A DNA stretch of 64,000 nt from Longimicrobiales bacterium (GTDB taxonomy: Bacteria; Gemmatimonadota; Gemmatimonadetes; Longimicrobiales; Gaopeijiaceae), in the NCBI GenBank assembly GCA_965203485.1, contig OZ241892.1, positions 1,856,001 through 1,920,000 of the forward strand, written 5' to 3'. The first letter of the stretch is position 1. Every line of letters begins with the position of its first letter. The translations under genes were made by a program, and so were the position numbers. The notes below the pieces were generated by a model, which was given only the letters and a program-made list of their open reading frames with translations, was not told the DNA's origin and searched no databases. This document shows positions 1 through 9,332 of this stretch, piece by piece.

Positions 1-2075
1 ACCTCCACGGTGCCGTCCACCTTGTAGGCCACATTGTTCGTGAACGTGTGGTCAGCCAGCGACACGTTCGCGTCCGTCGTCGTCCCCTGCCGCCGAATGT
101 AGGCCCCGGACCCGGCAGGAAACGTCAGCGCGTTCGCGCCGATGCTGATGCCGTCCGCGTCCACGTCCGCCGCCACGACCGTGTAGCAGAAGAACGCAAA
201 CCTGACGTTCTGGCCGCACAGCGGGGCCTGCCGCGTCTGCGTCCCGATCCCCAGCGCCAGTTGCGCCTGCGTCTGCGTCGTCGACGCAATCCTAATGTTC
301 GTGTTGAACCCAACGATCACGCGAACCACATCCCCCGATCCGTAGACGCTGTCCGTGCCGGCATGGAATATCTGCACCCCCTGCGGGTTCGCGAAAAAGA
401 TGGTCGTCACGTAGGGCACGTCGCCCGTCACCTTGTGCCCCGTCGCGTTCGAGATCGCGTGGCCGCCCAGACCAAGGTTCGCGTTCGCCGATCCGCCCTT
501 GAGCTCGATCGTCCCGCCGTTCAGCGCCAGCGCGCTCGCGCCGATGCTGATGCCGTCCGCGTCCGCGTCCGCCACGACCACTGCATAGCGGAACCTCAAA
601 GACTTGGTGCCCGTGCCCGCCGCGTAGTCCGCCTGCCGCGTCTGCGTCCCGATCCCCAGCGCCACCTGCGGCGTTCCCGTCACGTCCACCGGACGGTCGA
701 AGTCGACCTTGACCTCGATCGTGTTGCCTTCGGCGTACGCGCTGTCAGCGCCCGGGTCGCTGGAAATCGACACGCCGCTCACGTTCGGCGCCACCTCCTT
801 CGTGCCGTCCACCTTGAAAGCGGCATTGTCCGTGTTGTCGTGCGCCGCCAGCGACAGGATGGCGTTCGTCGACGTGCCATGCCGCCGGATCGCGCCCCCG
901 GGTATGGTCAGCGCGTTCGCCCCGATGCTGATCCCCGTCGAGTCCCTGTCCGCCGCCACGACCGTGTAGTTGAAGTACAGTGAGTGGGCGGTAAACGCGT
1001 AGAAGGTCGCGGTTCTCGTGTTCGCCCCGATGGTCAAGGCCAGCCGCGGCCACTGAGTGTGCCAGCTGATCGACCTGTCGAACGTCACCTTCACCCTGAT
1101 GACGTCTTCCAGCCCGAAGGTGCTGTCCGCCGCCGCCTGCGTCATGACAGCGCCGTGTTCGGTGATGTATTCCACGGCGGATACGACCGGCGGCGTCACC
1201 TTGGTGCCGTCCACCTTGAAGGCCACATTGTTCGTGACCTGGTGGTCAGCCAGCGACAGGTCGGCGTTCGTCGTCGTCCCCGCGGCAACGACCCGGGCTC
1301 CGCCAGGCAGCGTCAGCGCGTTCGCGCCGATGCTCAACCCGTCCGAGTCGCTGTCCGCCGCCACGACCGTGTAGCAGAAGATCAAGAAGGACGCCACTGA
1401 GTTGCACAGCGGCGCACTCCGCGTCTGCGACCCGATGTTCAGCGCCAGCTGCGGCGTTCCCGAGCCCCTCACGTCCCTGCTGAATCGGACGGCCACCCTG
1501 ATCCGGTCGCCCACCCCGTAGACGCTGTCGGCCTGTTCGAGGTTCGCTAGGAGGATCTGGACTCCGCGGGTCGGATGAAGGAACCAAACGGACGCCACGG
1601 CGGGAACGTCGCCCTGCACCTTGTGGGCCGTCGCATTCGAGATTGCATGGGTGCCCAGCCCCAGGTTCGCGGCCGTCGCGCCGCCCGCGATCTGGATCGT
1701 ACCGCTGTTGAGCGCCAGCGCGCTCGCGCCGATGCTGATCCCGTCCGCATCGACGTCCGTGGTCGCTACCGTGTAGCGGAAAGTCAGCGTGCTCGTGCCC
1801 GTCCCGCTTGCGTAATTCGCCTGCTGCGTCGCCGCGCCGATCGTCAGCGCCAACTGCGGCGTGCCCGTCACGTCCACCGACTGGTCGAAACGAACTTCGA
1901 CCCCGATCACGTCGGTCGCGGCGTACGTCGAGTCGACGCCCGCGTTGCTGCTGATCGACACGCCGCTCACGTTCGGCGCCTGGGCGCTCGCGGCGACCGG
2001 CAACCCGGCGGCAACCAGCCCGGCGACCACCAGCGCCAGGCCGAGAGCCGAAAGAAGCCTTCGCGCTACCGGCAT
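1..2075 (-). CDS. Large secreted/surface protein with tandem ~132-aa Ig-like beta-sandwich repeats (partial, runs off the left edge)
   Basis: Absent from the ORF track because it has no stop inside the window. Manual translation from ATG 2075 gives a signal peptide (MPVARRLLSALGLALVVAGLVAAGLPVAASAQ) followed by five repeats of the type V.FD..V.VTGTPQLAL.IG..T.QA.Y..G.GT..L.FRY.V...D.D.DGISIGA.AL.L. The frame stays open to position 3. Confidence 0.85.
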   Translation of the reverse strand, partial: MPVARRLLSALGLALVVAGLVAAGLPVAASAQAPNVSGVSISSNAGVDSTYAATDVIGVEVRFDQSVDVTGTPQLALTIGAATQQANYASGTGTSTLTFRYTVATTDVDADGISIGASALALNSGTIQIAGGATAANLGLGTHAISNATAHKVQGDVPAVASVWFLHPTRGVQILLANLEQADSVYGVGDRIRVAVRFSRDVRGSGTPQLALNIGSQTRSAPLCNSVASFLIFCYTVVAADSDSDGLSIGANALTLPGGARVVAAGTTTNADLSLADHQVTNNVAFKVDGTKVTPPVVSAVEYITEHGAVMTQAAADSTFGLEDVIRVKVTFDRSISWHTQWPRLALTIGANTRTATFYAFTAHSLYFNYTVVAADRDSTGISIGANALTIPGGAIRRHGTSTNAILSLAAHDNTDNAAFKVDGTKEVAPNVSGVSISSDPGADSAYAEGNTIEVKVDFDRPVDVTGTPQVALGIGTQTRQADYAAGTGTKSLRFRYAVVVADADADGISIGASALALNGGTIELKGGSANANLGLGGHAISNATGHKVTGDVPYVTTIFFANPQGVQIFHAGTDSVYGSGDVVRVIVGFNTNIRIASTTQTQAQLALGIGTQTRQAPLCGQNVRFAFFCYTVVAADVDADGISIGANALTFPAGSGAYIRRQGTTTDANVSLADHTFTNNVAYKVDGTVE

Positions 2076-2134
2076 GGCGGCTTTGCCGCGCACGCCGTGG
2101 CCGTCGCACGGGTAATGTCGAGTCGAAGGAGAAC

Positions 2135-2154
2135 GGGGGGGGGGGGGGGGGGGG
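2135..2154. repeat. Homopolymer G20 (C20 on the coding strand of the surface-protein gene)
   Basis: Directly visible: gaac(g)20cttggg. Confidence 0.95.
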
Positions 2155-2303
2155 CTTGGGTCCGATCCATTGCTATGCCGACCTTGGTTCTAGGTTGCCT
2201 TCCTGCATGTTCGGCGACAATCGCACCACGAGCGGCCGACCCGGCACCGAATCTCCACGACGATCGCCGGAAGATAACCGGTCAATCAAGATTCCGACCA
2301 AAG

Positions 2304-3203
2304 CTACGCTCGCGGATGGGCGTTCAGGTAGACCCGGCGGAGCCGATCCTTGGACGTATGGGCGTAGATCTGCGTCGTGTCGAGCGAGACGTGGCCCAAG
2401 AGGTCCTTGACGGCCATGATGTCGGCGCCGGCGTCGAGGAGATGGGTCGCGAAGCTGTGCCGAAGCGAGTGGACCGACAAGCCGGCGGCGGCGGAGAAGT
2501 CGGCGAGGGCCGCTTGCACTGCCCGCTGGATGTAGCGCGTCGAGATGCGCCCCCCCCGGAGGTTCACGAAAAGCGCCCGGCAATGCGGAGGGGCCACTTC
2601 CGCCCGGCGCAACAGGTAGTTTTCGACGGCTTTCGCAGCGGGCGGCGTGACCGGGACGATGCGCTCCTTGGACCCCTTGCCCACGACCCGGATTTGGTCG
2701 TCCAGAAAGGAGTTGACGTTCAGCGAGCGAAGCTCCGATACGCGCAGGCCGCTGCCGTAAAGCAGTTCCAGCCACGCCAGGAGGCGCGCGCAAGCAAAGT
2801 CGTTCTCCCGGGCGGCGCGCGTTTCCGCCCACTCGAGGAGCGCCTCGATCTCGTCCAAGCTGGCGTGGCCGGGCAGGATGCGGTCCAGCTTCGGGCCGCG
2901 CATGGCGGCGGCGGGGTTGGACTCGATCTCGCCGGTGCGATGCAAGTGCCGGAAGAGGCTGCGCACGGCCGACAGCTTGCGGGCGACGGTGCGACGGGAG
3001 AGTCCGCGGCGCCCGGCTTCCCCGAGGAACGCCCGCAAGACCGGCCTGTCCACGTCGGCCCATGCGAAGTCGGGACGCCCCAGATAGCCGCCGACGAATT
3101 CCTCGAGGTCGGCCAGGTCGCGACGGTAGGCGGCGATGGTGTGGGCCGAGAGCCGACGGACGGTCTCGATGTGTTCGAGGAACCGAGCGGTGTCCGTCCT
3201 CAT
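2304..3203 (-). CDS. xerC: Tyrosine recombinase XerC
   Basis: Motifs LS.HT..AYRRDL, ELLYGSGLRVSEL, GKGSKERIVP, HSLRHSFATHLL, LLGH.SL.TTQIY; topA-trmFO-xerC synteny; ATG at 3203 overlaps the trmFO stop. Confidence 0.92.
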   Translation of the reverse strand: MRTDTARFLEHIETVRRLSAHTIAAYRRDLADLEEFVGGYLGRPDFAWADVDRPVLRAFLGEAGRRGLSRRTVARKLSAVRSLFRHLHRTGEIESNPAAAMRGPKLDRILPGHASLDEIEALLEWAETRAARENDFACARLLAWLELLYGSGLRVSELRSLNVNSFLDDQIRVVGKGSKERIVPVTPPAAKAVENYLLRRAEVAPPHCRALFVNLRGGRISTRYIQRAVQAALADFSAAAGLSVHSLRHSFATHLLDAGADIMAVKDLLGHVSLDTTQIYAHTSKDRLRRVYLNAHPRA

Positions 3204-4567
3204 GATGAAGCGGCGTCGCCGACCGCGGCGGCGAGGGGCTGGGCGGCGGGCGTCCGCTCGAACACGACGCCCGCATCCGCCGCCCATCGGCGGAAGCGAT
3301 CGAGGGCGCGGGCCGCCAGCGCCTCGCGCCTCGCGGCCTTGCCGCCGCGCACCGGCGGCATCGGATCGACAAGGCCCCAGTTGGAGTTCATGGGCTGGAA
3401 GGCGCAGGGGTCGGCCTCCCTCAAGTAGCGGCAGAGACCGCCGAGCATCGACTCGGGCGGCGGCGTCACCGGCTCCTTCCCTCTCAGCGCCCGGTCCAGG
3501 TTGATGCCGGCCAGCAGGCCCGACGCCGCGGACTCCGTGTATCCCTCGACGCCCGTCAACTGTCCCGCGAAGAACAGGCGGGGGCGCCGGCGGGAGGCGC
3601 CGTGGGGCGTCAGGCATCCCGGAAAGTTGAGGTACGTGTTGCGGTGGATGGAGCCCCAGCGAAGGAATTCCGCGCGCTCCAGTCCGGGGATCATTCCGAA
3701 CACGCGCCGTTGCTCGCCGGTGCGAAGCCGCGTCTGGAAGCCCACCAGGTTCCACATCTGGCCCGCCCGGTCCTCGCGGCGCAGCTGCACGACGGCGTAG
3801 GGGCGTCTGTTCGTGCGCGGGTCGCGAAGGCCGACCGGCCTCATGGGGCCGAAGCGCGGCGTGTCCCGGCCGCGGGCGGCGAGGACTTCGATCGGAAGGC
3901 AACCGTCGAAGTAGGGGACGGCGTCCCAGTCGGGGCCCTCGCGCACCTCGGCGGCGCGAAGCGCGTCCACGAAGCCGGCGTAGCGGGCCTCGTCCATGGG
4001 GCAGTTCAAGTAGTCGGACTCCTGCGCCCATCGTCCGGCGGAGAACGCGACGTCGCGATCCAGCGAATCTCCGTGCACGATGGGCGCGATCGCGTCGTAG
4101 AAGGCCAAGCCGTCGTGGCCGAGCTCTTCCGTCACGGCATCGGCCAACGCAGCTGAAGTCAGCGGTCCGGTCGCCACGACGGCCGGTTCATCCGGCAGGC
4201 GCGGCATCTCCTCGCGAACCACTCGGATGCCCGCCTGGGCCGTCACCCGCCGCTCCAGCGCCTCGGCGAAGAGGGTCCGGTCCACCGCCAGCGCGGAGCC
4301 GGCCGGGACCCGGGACTCCTCGGCGGCCTCCAGCAGCACGGAGCCCAGCAATGCCATTTCGCGCTTGAGCTCTCCGTGCGCCGTGGACGGAATCTCGCTC
4401 TTGAACGAGTTCGTGCACACGAGTTCGCCCAAGGCGCCCGTCTGGTGGGCCGGAGTCTGCGTGTCCGGCCGCATCTCGACGAGCGCGACCTCGTGGCCGC
4501 GGCGAGCCAGAGCGACGGCCGCCTCGCACCCCGCGAGCCCGCCGCCCACCACCGTCACGGCGCTCAC
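3200..4567 (-). CDS. trmFO: Methylenetetrahydrofolate-tRNA-(uracil-5-)-methyltransferase TrmFO
   Basis: Motifs VVGGGLAGCEAA, ELVCTNSFKS, FYDAIAPIV, YFDGCLPIE, VGFQTRL, AGQLTGVEGYTES; GTG start at 4567 is inferred. Confidence 0.95.
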   Translation of the reverse strand: MSAVTVVGGGLAGCEAAVALARRGHEVALVEMRPDTQTPAHQTGALGELVCTNSFKSEIPSTAHGELKREMALLGSVLLEAAEESRVPAGSALAVDRTLFAEALERRVTAQAGIRVVREEMPRLPDEPAVVATGPLTSAALADAVTEELGHDGLAFYDAIAPIVHGDSLDRDVAFSAGRWAQESDYLNCPMDEARYAGFVDALRAAEVREGPDWDAVPYFDGCLPIEVLAARGRDTPRFGPMRPVGLRDPRTNRRPYAVVQLRREDRAGQMWNLVGFQTRLRTGEQRRVFGMIPGLERAEFLRWGSIHRNTYLNFPGCLTPHGASRRRPRLFFAGQLTGVEGYTESAASGLLAGINLDRALRGKEPVTPPPESMLGGLCRYLREADPCAFQPMNSNWGLVDPMPPVRGGKAARREALAARALDRFRRWAADAGVVFERTPAAQPLAAAVGDAASS

Positions 4568-4592
4568 GCGGACATGGCGCCAGGACGCGGCA

Positions 4593-7244
4593 TCATCGCC
4601 GTCTGGCGCCTGCCGCTCGGCGTGGCCGCGACTGCTTGCGCCGCGACTGCTTGCGCCCGCGCGCGTCGGCGAGGAGAGCGACCGCCTCCTCCATCGTCGT
4701 TTCCCCGGGCTCCCTGCCGTCCTTGGGCGTGGACGCGTTGACCTGCCCGTCGGTGACGTACGGCCCGTAGCGGCCGCTCCGCACCTCGATCTCCGCACCC
4801 GTCTCGGGATGGGGCCCGAGCTCCTTGAGCACGTTGGCGCGCTTCGCGGTCGCAAGAAGCTCCAATGCCTCGTCGAGCGCGACCGAGAACAGGCGGTCCG
4901 AATCCAAGTTGCGGTACTCGCCGCCGCGCGACACGTAGGGCCCGTACCGTCCCAGCCCGGCGATCACGCGCTTGCCCGTCTTCGGATCCTTGCCCAAGTC
5001 GCGGGGGAGCGACAGCAGGCGCAGGGCGTACTCCAGCGTCACCTCGCTCACGTCCACGCCGTCCGGGAGCCGGGTCCGCCGCGGCTTCTCGCGGATGCGG
5101 CCTTCGCCCAGCTGGACGTACGGACCGTAGGGACCGACCCGCGCGTACACGGGCTTGCCCGTTTCCGGGTCCTTGCCCAACACCGCGTCTCCGGCGGCGC
5201 GGGCGTCGAGCAGTTCCATGGCCTTGTCGGGCGAGAGCTCGTCGATGAGGAGTTCGGCCGGAATCGTGGCGCGCCTCTCTCCGTCGCCCGATCCCCGCAC
5301 GGCGATGGCCGAGTTGCGGCCGATCCGCACCCCGATTTCCTCGCCGGTCTCCGGGTCGGAGCCGATGCGGACGACGGGAAAGGCGATGTCGGGGAGCCGC
5401 GACTCGATCATTCGGACGAGGCCCATTCGCCTGCCGTCTCCGACCCCCTCTCCGTCTTCGCGCCCGTCCTCGTCTCCGTTGTAGAAGGCGCCGAGGAACC
5501 TCTGCGGCTGGGTGCCGCCCGCGGCGATGTCGTCGAGCGCTTCCTCCATGCGCGCCGTGAACCGCAGATCGACGTACTCGCCGAAGTGCTCGCAGAGCAA
5601 CTGGTTTACCGCCAAGCCCACGTAGGTGGGCACCAAGTTGCCGTTGCGCTTGCGGACGTAGTCGCGGTCCTGGATCGTCGAGATCGTGGGCGTGTACGTG
5701 GACGGGCGCCCGATTCCCTCGTCCTCCAGCTTCTTGACCAGCGACGCCTCCGTGTAGCGGGGCGGCGGCTTCGTCTCCCCCGCCTCGGACTCGACGCCCG
5801 CCAGCGTCGCGGCGGAGCCCTCGGGGCCGACGAGGTCGCCTTCGTCCAGCGCGGGGAGGAACTGGTCGCTGCGCCGGGTTCCGTAGACCTTGAGGAAGCC
5901 GGGGAAGCGAAGCACCGAACCGGTCGCCCGAAACACGTGCGTCTTGCCGTCGGCGTCCGCCTCCAGATCGGCGGTCGCCCGTTCAAGGCGGGCGTCGGCC
6001 ATCTGCGAAGCGACGGCGCGGCTCCAGATGAGGCCGTACAGGGCCAGCGCGTCCTTGTCGAGGGCGAGCCGCTTGGCCATCTCGGGAGTGCGCGACATCT
6101 CGGTGGGACGAATGGCCTCGTGCGCTTCCTGGGCCGCCTTGGACTTGGTGCGGTAGCGCCTGGGCCCGTCGTGGTACTCGGGACCGAACGCTTCGCGGAC
6201 GTAGCGCCCGGCGTCGGACAGCGCCTTCTGGGAAAGCGTGACCGAGTCCGTCCTCATGTACGTGATCAGGCCCTCGCGGTCGCCTCCGCCCAAGTCGACC
6301 CCCTCGTAGAGACGTTGCGCGAGCCGCATGGCCTTCTTCGGACTCATGCGCAGGCGGCTGCTCGCGGCCTGCTGCAGCGTGGACGTCGTGAACGGAGGCG
6401 CGGGCCGCTGCTTGACCGACTTCGTCTCGGTCGAGCCGACGCGCCAGGGCACCGCCTCAAGCGTTCGTTCGCGGATCGCCGCGGCGGCGGCTTCGTCGAG
6501 CACGATGGCCTTCGATTCCGGGAGGCGCTCGCCGGTCGTGGCGTCGAAGTCGCGGCCCGTCGCCACGCGCGCGTCGCCGACGCGGTGCAGGACGGCGGTG
6601 AACGATTCGTCGCCGGATGCGAAGGTGGCCTTGACCCGCCAGTAGACGGACTTCTTGAATCGCCGGCGCTCCTCCTCGCGGTCCGCGACGAGGCGCAGGG
6701 CCGCGCTCTGGACCCGCCCCGCGCTGAGCCTGGAGCGCACCTTGCGCCAGAGGACGGGCGAAAGGGTGTATCCGTAGAGCCGGTCGAGGATGCGGCGCGC
6801 TTCCTGGGCGCGCACGAGCCGGTCGTCTACTCCGCGAGGACTGGCCAGCGCCCGCTTGATGGCGGTGCGCGTGATCTCGTGAAACGCGATGCGCTTGACC
6901 GGTATCTTGGGCTTCAGGACTTCGAGGACGTGCCAGCTGATGGCCTCTCCCTCTCGGTCCTCGTCGGTGGCGAGGACGATCTCCTCCGCGCCGGCGACGA
7001 TCCGCCGCAACTCGCGCACGCGCTTCTGGCTCTCGGGCGGCACGACGTAGACGGGCTCGAACCCGTTCTCGACGTCCACCGCCATTCGCGCCCAGTCCTT
7101 GTTTCGCACGGCCTTGGGGATCTCGCCGGCCGACTTCGGGAGGTCGCGGATGTGTCCGAAGGAAGCCTCGACACGATACCCCGGACCGAGGAACTTCTCG
7201 ATCGTCTTGGCCTTCGCGGGCGATTCCACGATCACGAGCTTCAC
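4593..7244 (-). CDS. topA: DNA topoisomerase I with C-terminal repeats
   Basis: Motifs LVIVESPAKAKTI, ATDEDREGE, SAGRVQS, catalytic ITYMRTDS, AQEAHEAIRP; C-terminal GRYGPYV repeats. Confidence 0.97.
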   Translation of the reverse strand: MKLVIVESPAKAKTIEKFLGPGYRVEASFGHIRDLPKSAGEIPKAVRNKDWARMAVDVENGFEPVYVVPPESQKRVRELRRIVAGAEEIVLATDEDREGEAISWHVLEVLKPKIPVKRIAFHEITRTAIKRALASPRGVDDRLVRAQEARRILDRLYGYTLSPVLWRKVRSRLSAGRVQSAALRLVADREEERRRFKKSVYWRVKATFASGDESFTAVLHRVGDARVATGRDFDATTGERLPESKAIVLDEAAAAAIRERTLEAVPWRVGSTETKSVKQRPAPPFTTSTLQQAASSRLRMSPKKAMRLAQRLYEGVDLGGGDREGLITYMRTDSVTLSQKALSDAGRYVREAFGPEYHDGPRRYRTKSKAAQEAHEAIRPTEMSRTPEMAKRLALDKDALALYGLIWSRAVASQMADARLERATADLEADADGKTHVFRATGSVLRFPGFLKVYGTRRSDQFLPALDEGDLVGPEGSAATLAGVESEAGETKPPPRYTEASLVKKLEDEGIGRPSTYTPTISTIQDRDYVRKRNGNLVPTYVGLAVNQLLCEHFGEYVDLRFTARMEEALDDIAAGGTQPQRFLGAFYNGDEDGREDGEGVGDGRRMGLVRMIESRLPDIAFPVVRIGSDPETGEEIGVRIGRNSAIAVRGSGDGERRATIPAELLIDELSPDKAMELLDARAAGDAVLGKDPETGKPVYARVGPYGPYVQLGEGRIREKPRRTRLPDGVDVSEVTLEYALRLLSLPRDLGKDPKTGKRVIAGLGRYGPYVSRGGEYRNLDSDRLFSVALDEALELLATAKRANVLKELGPHPETGAEIEVRSGRYGPYVTDGQVNASTPKDGREPGETTMEEAVALLADARGRKQSRRKQSRPRRAAGARRR
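4626..4655. repeat. Perfect 15-bp tandem duplication in the basic tail of topA
   Basis: ccgcgactgcttgcg x2, encoding RKQSR twice. Confidence 0.9.
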
Positions 7245-7906
7245 GGCGATGCGTCTCCCTCGCTTGTTGCGCTCAAAGGCGCCGTCGGCGGCCGCGATCC
7301 GGGATCAGGCCGAGGTTGCGCGCAAGCCGAAATGTCCAGGCGGCGGAGAATCTCGGCAGCGACTTGTCCGGGCGCCAGTTCGTCGGTGTCGATTCTAATG
7401 CCGCACCGCGCGTAGAAGGGAGTCCGCTCGTCCAGGAGGACGCGCGCCGCGGCAAGCGGATCGGGCACGTCGAGCAGCGGCCGGTCTCGCAGTCCATCGC
7501 CGATGCGGGCGAGCACCGTTCGCGGACGAACGCGCAACCACACGCAACGCGCCCGCCGGGCGAGCGCGTCCACGCGGCCCGGGCGGGCCGCCCATCCGCC
7601 TCCCGTGGCCAGCACCACCGGCGGCCCGACCAGGATCCGGGCGGCCGTCTCGGACTCCGCGCGGCGGAAGAAGGACAGCCCCCGGTCGCGAACGATGGCC
7701 GGCACGGGACGGCCGAGGCGCCGCTCGACGGCGGCGTCCAAGTCGACGAAGCCGCACCCGAGCGCGCGCGCCAGGATGGGGCCGACGGTGGACTTGCCCG
7801 CGCCCATGAAGCCGACGAGCAACACCGGGAGACGCGGGTTCGGCGGAAGTGGGTTCGCCTGCGCGGGACCCGGGACGGGGCGCGCATGGCCGGTTGCCGG
7901 GTTCAT
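7241..7906 (-). CDS. aroK: Shikimate kinase
   Basis: Motifs LVGFMGAGKSTVG, FVDLD, FRRAES, ATGGG, RPLL; 4-bp overlaps with aroC and topA. Confidence 0.92.
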   Translation of the reverse strand: MNPATGHARPVPGPAQANPLPPNPRLPVLLVGFMGAGKSTVGPILARALGCGFVDLDAAVERRLGRPVPAIVRDRGLSFFRRAESETAARILVGPPVVLATGGGWAARPGRVDALARRARCVWLRVRPRTVLARIGDGLRDRPLLDVPDPLAAARVLLDERTPFYARCGIRIDTDELAPGQVAAEILRRLDISACAQPRPDPGSRPPTAPLSATSEGDASP

Positions 7907-9147
7907 GCGGGGGCCGGGACGGGAGCCGGGGCCGAACGCCCTCGAAAGCCGCGTTTCGACAGGCGGGTCAAGTACGATTCGAGGTTGCGCGCGAGTTCGT
8001 CGATCGAATCGCCGCCGAACTTCTCCAGGAGCGCGTCGGCCGCCACCAGCGCCACCATCGACTCGGCCACCACGGCCGCCGCGGGAACGGCGCACACGTC
8101 GCTGCGTTCGACCGCGGCGTCCTTCGCCCGCCCGTCTCGGAGATCCACGCTCGGAAGCCGCTTGCGGAGCGTGGAAATCGGCTTCATCGCGCCGCGCACG
8201 ACGAGCGGGGCGCCGGTCGTGATGCCGCCTTCGAGGCCGCCGGCGCGGTTCCCGGACCGCACGAACCCGCCGCTCCTCGCAGACGCCTCGTCCCTTGCGA
8301 TGGCGTCGTGAACTCGAGACCCGGGCCGTCCGGCGTTCGCGAAGGCGGGACCAATCTCGACGCCCTTCACGGCGTGCACCGACATCACCGCCTGAGCCAG
8401 CCGGCCGTCGAGCTTGCGGTCCCACGAGACGTGACTCCCCAAGCCGACGGGAAGGCCTCGCGCCACCACTTCGAAGCAACCGCCAAGCGTGTCGCCCGCG
8501 TCGCGCGCGTCGTCGATCGCCGCCTTCATCGCCGCTTCGGCGTCTCGGTCGAGGGTGCGCAGGGGCGAGGCGTCGGCTCGGCCGTTCAAGTCGTCCGGCA
8601 ACCGATCCGGCGCGCGGGCCTCCACGGGGCCGACTCGGGTGACGTGGCTGCCGATCGTCACACCGAGCCGTTGCAGCAGCGTTCGGGCCACGGCTCCGCA
8701 GGCGACGCGGGCGGCGGTTTCGCGGGCGGATGCGCGCTCCAGGACGTCGCGGGCGTCGCGCCGGTCGTACTTGAGGACTCCGGCCAAGTCGGCGTGGCCC
8801 GGGCGCGGGAGGTACACGGGGCGCAACGCCCTCGGGTTGGCGTCCGCGGCCGGGGCCTCGTGAGCCATGGCGGTCGTCCAGTTTCGCCAGTCGCGGTTCC
8901 AGATGATCAGCGAGATCGGCGAGCCCAGCGTGGAGCCCAGGCGAACGCCGGAGACCAGCTCCGCCCGGTCGGACTCGATCTGCATGCGCCGGCCGCGTCC
9001 GTAGCCTCCCATCCGCCGGGCGAGTTCGGGATCGATGTCGGACGCGGCGGCCAGAGGCAGGCCGGCCGGGACGCCCTCCAGCACGGCGACAAGGCCCCGG
9101 CCGTGCGATTCGCCCGCAGTGCGGAACGACAGGTTGCGAAGCGGCAT
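7903..9147 (-). CDS. aroC: Chorismate synthase
   Basis: Motifs TAGESHG, GYGRG.RM.IE.D, PRPGHAD, ERASARETA, GG.EGGIT.G, MKPISTL, RSDVC. Confidence 0.97.
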   Translation of the reverse strand: MPLRNLSFRTAGESHGRGLVAVLEGVPAGLPLAAASDIDPELARRMGGYGRGRRMQIESDRAELVSGVRLGSTLGSPISLIIWNRDWRNWTTAMAHEAPAADANPRALRPVYLPRPGHADLAGVLKYDRRDARDVLERASARETAARVACGAVARTLLQRLGVTIGSHVTRVGPVEARAPDRLPDDLNGRADASPLRTLDRDAEAAMKAAIDDARDAGDTLGGCFEVVARGLPVGLGSHVSWDRKLDGRLAQAVMSVHAVKGVEIGPAFANAGRPGSRVHDAIARDEASARSGGFVRSGNRAGGLEGGITTGAPLVVRGAMKPISTLRKRLPSVDLRDGRAKDAAVERSDVCAVPAAAVVAESMVALVAADALLEKFGGDSIDELARNLESYLTRLSKRGFRGRSAPAPVPAPA

Positions 9148-9332
9148 GTCTTCCTGGCGGCATTGGGCGGCGGCGGTGCGCCGGACGGGCGGCCTTCGAC
9201 GCTCGGCGGCGTGCGTTCCGCCGGCGCGCCTTCGCGTCAGCCGCGCGCCCGGACCGACGCCAGCGGCCGGTCCGGTCTCCTCGGTGCGGCGGCTGTTGGC
9301 CGGCGCATCCGCGCGCCCGGCGCACAATAATA

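Noticed and set aside
2304..3203. Tyrosine recombinase as the integrase of a mobile element or an invertase for the adjacent surface gene
   Set aside because: Its size, motifs and topA-trmFO-xerC context indicate housekeeping XerC; no att sites or flanking inverted repeats were seen.
4227..7415. Long antisense ORFs (1062 aa here; also 51825-54968, 30042-32507, 25225-27846, 37989-40595)
   Set aside because: These are expected stop-poor shadows of real genes in high-GC DNA and carry no motifs.
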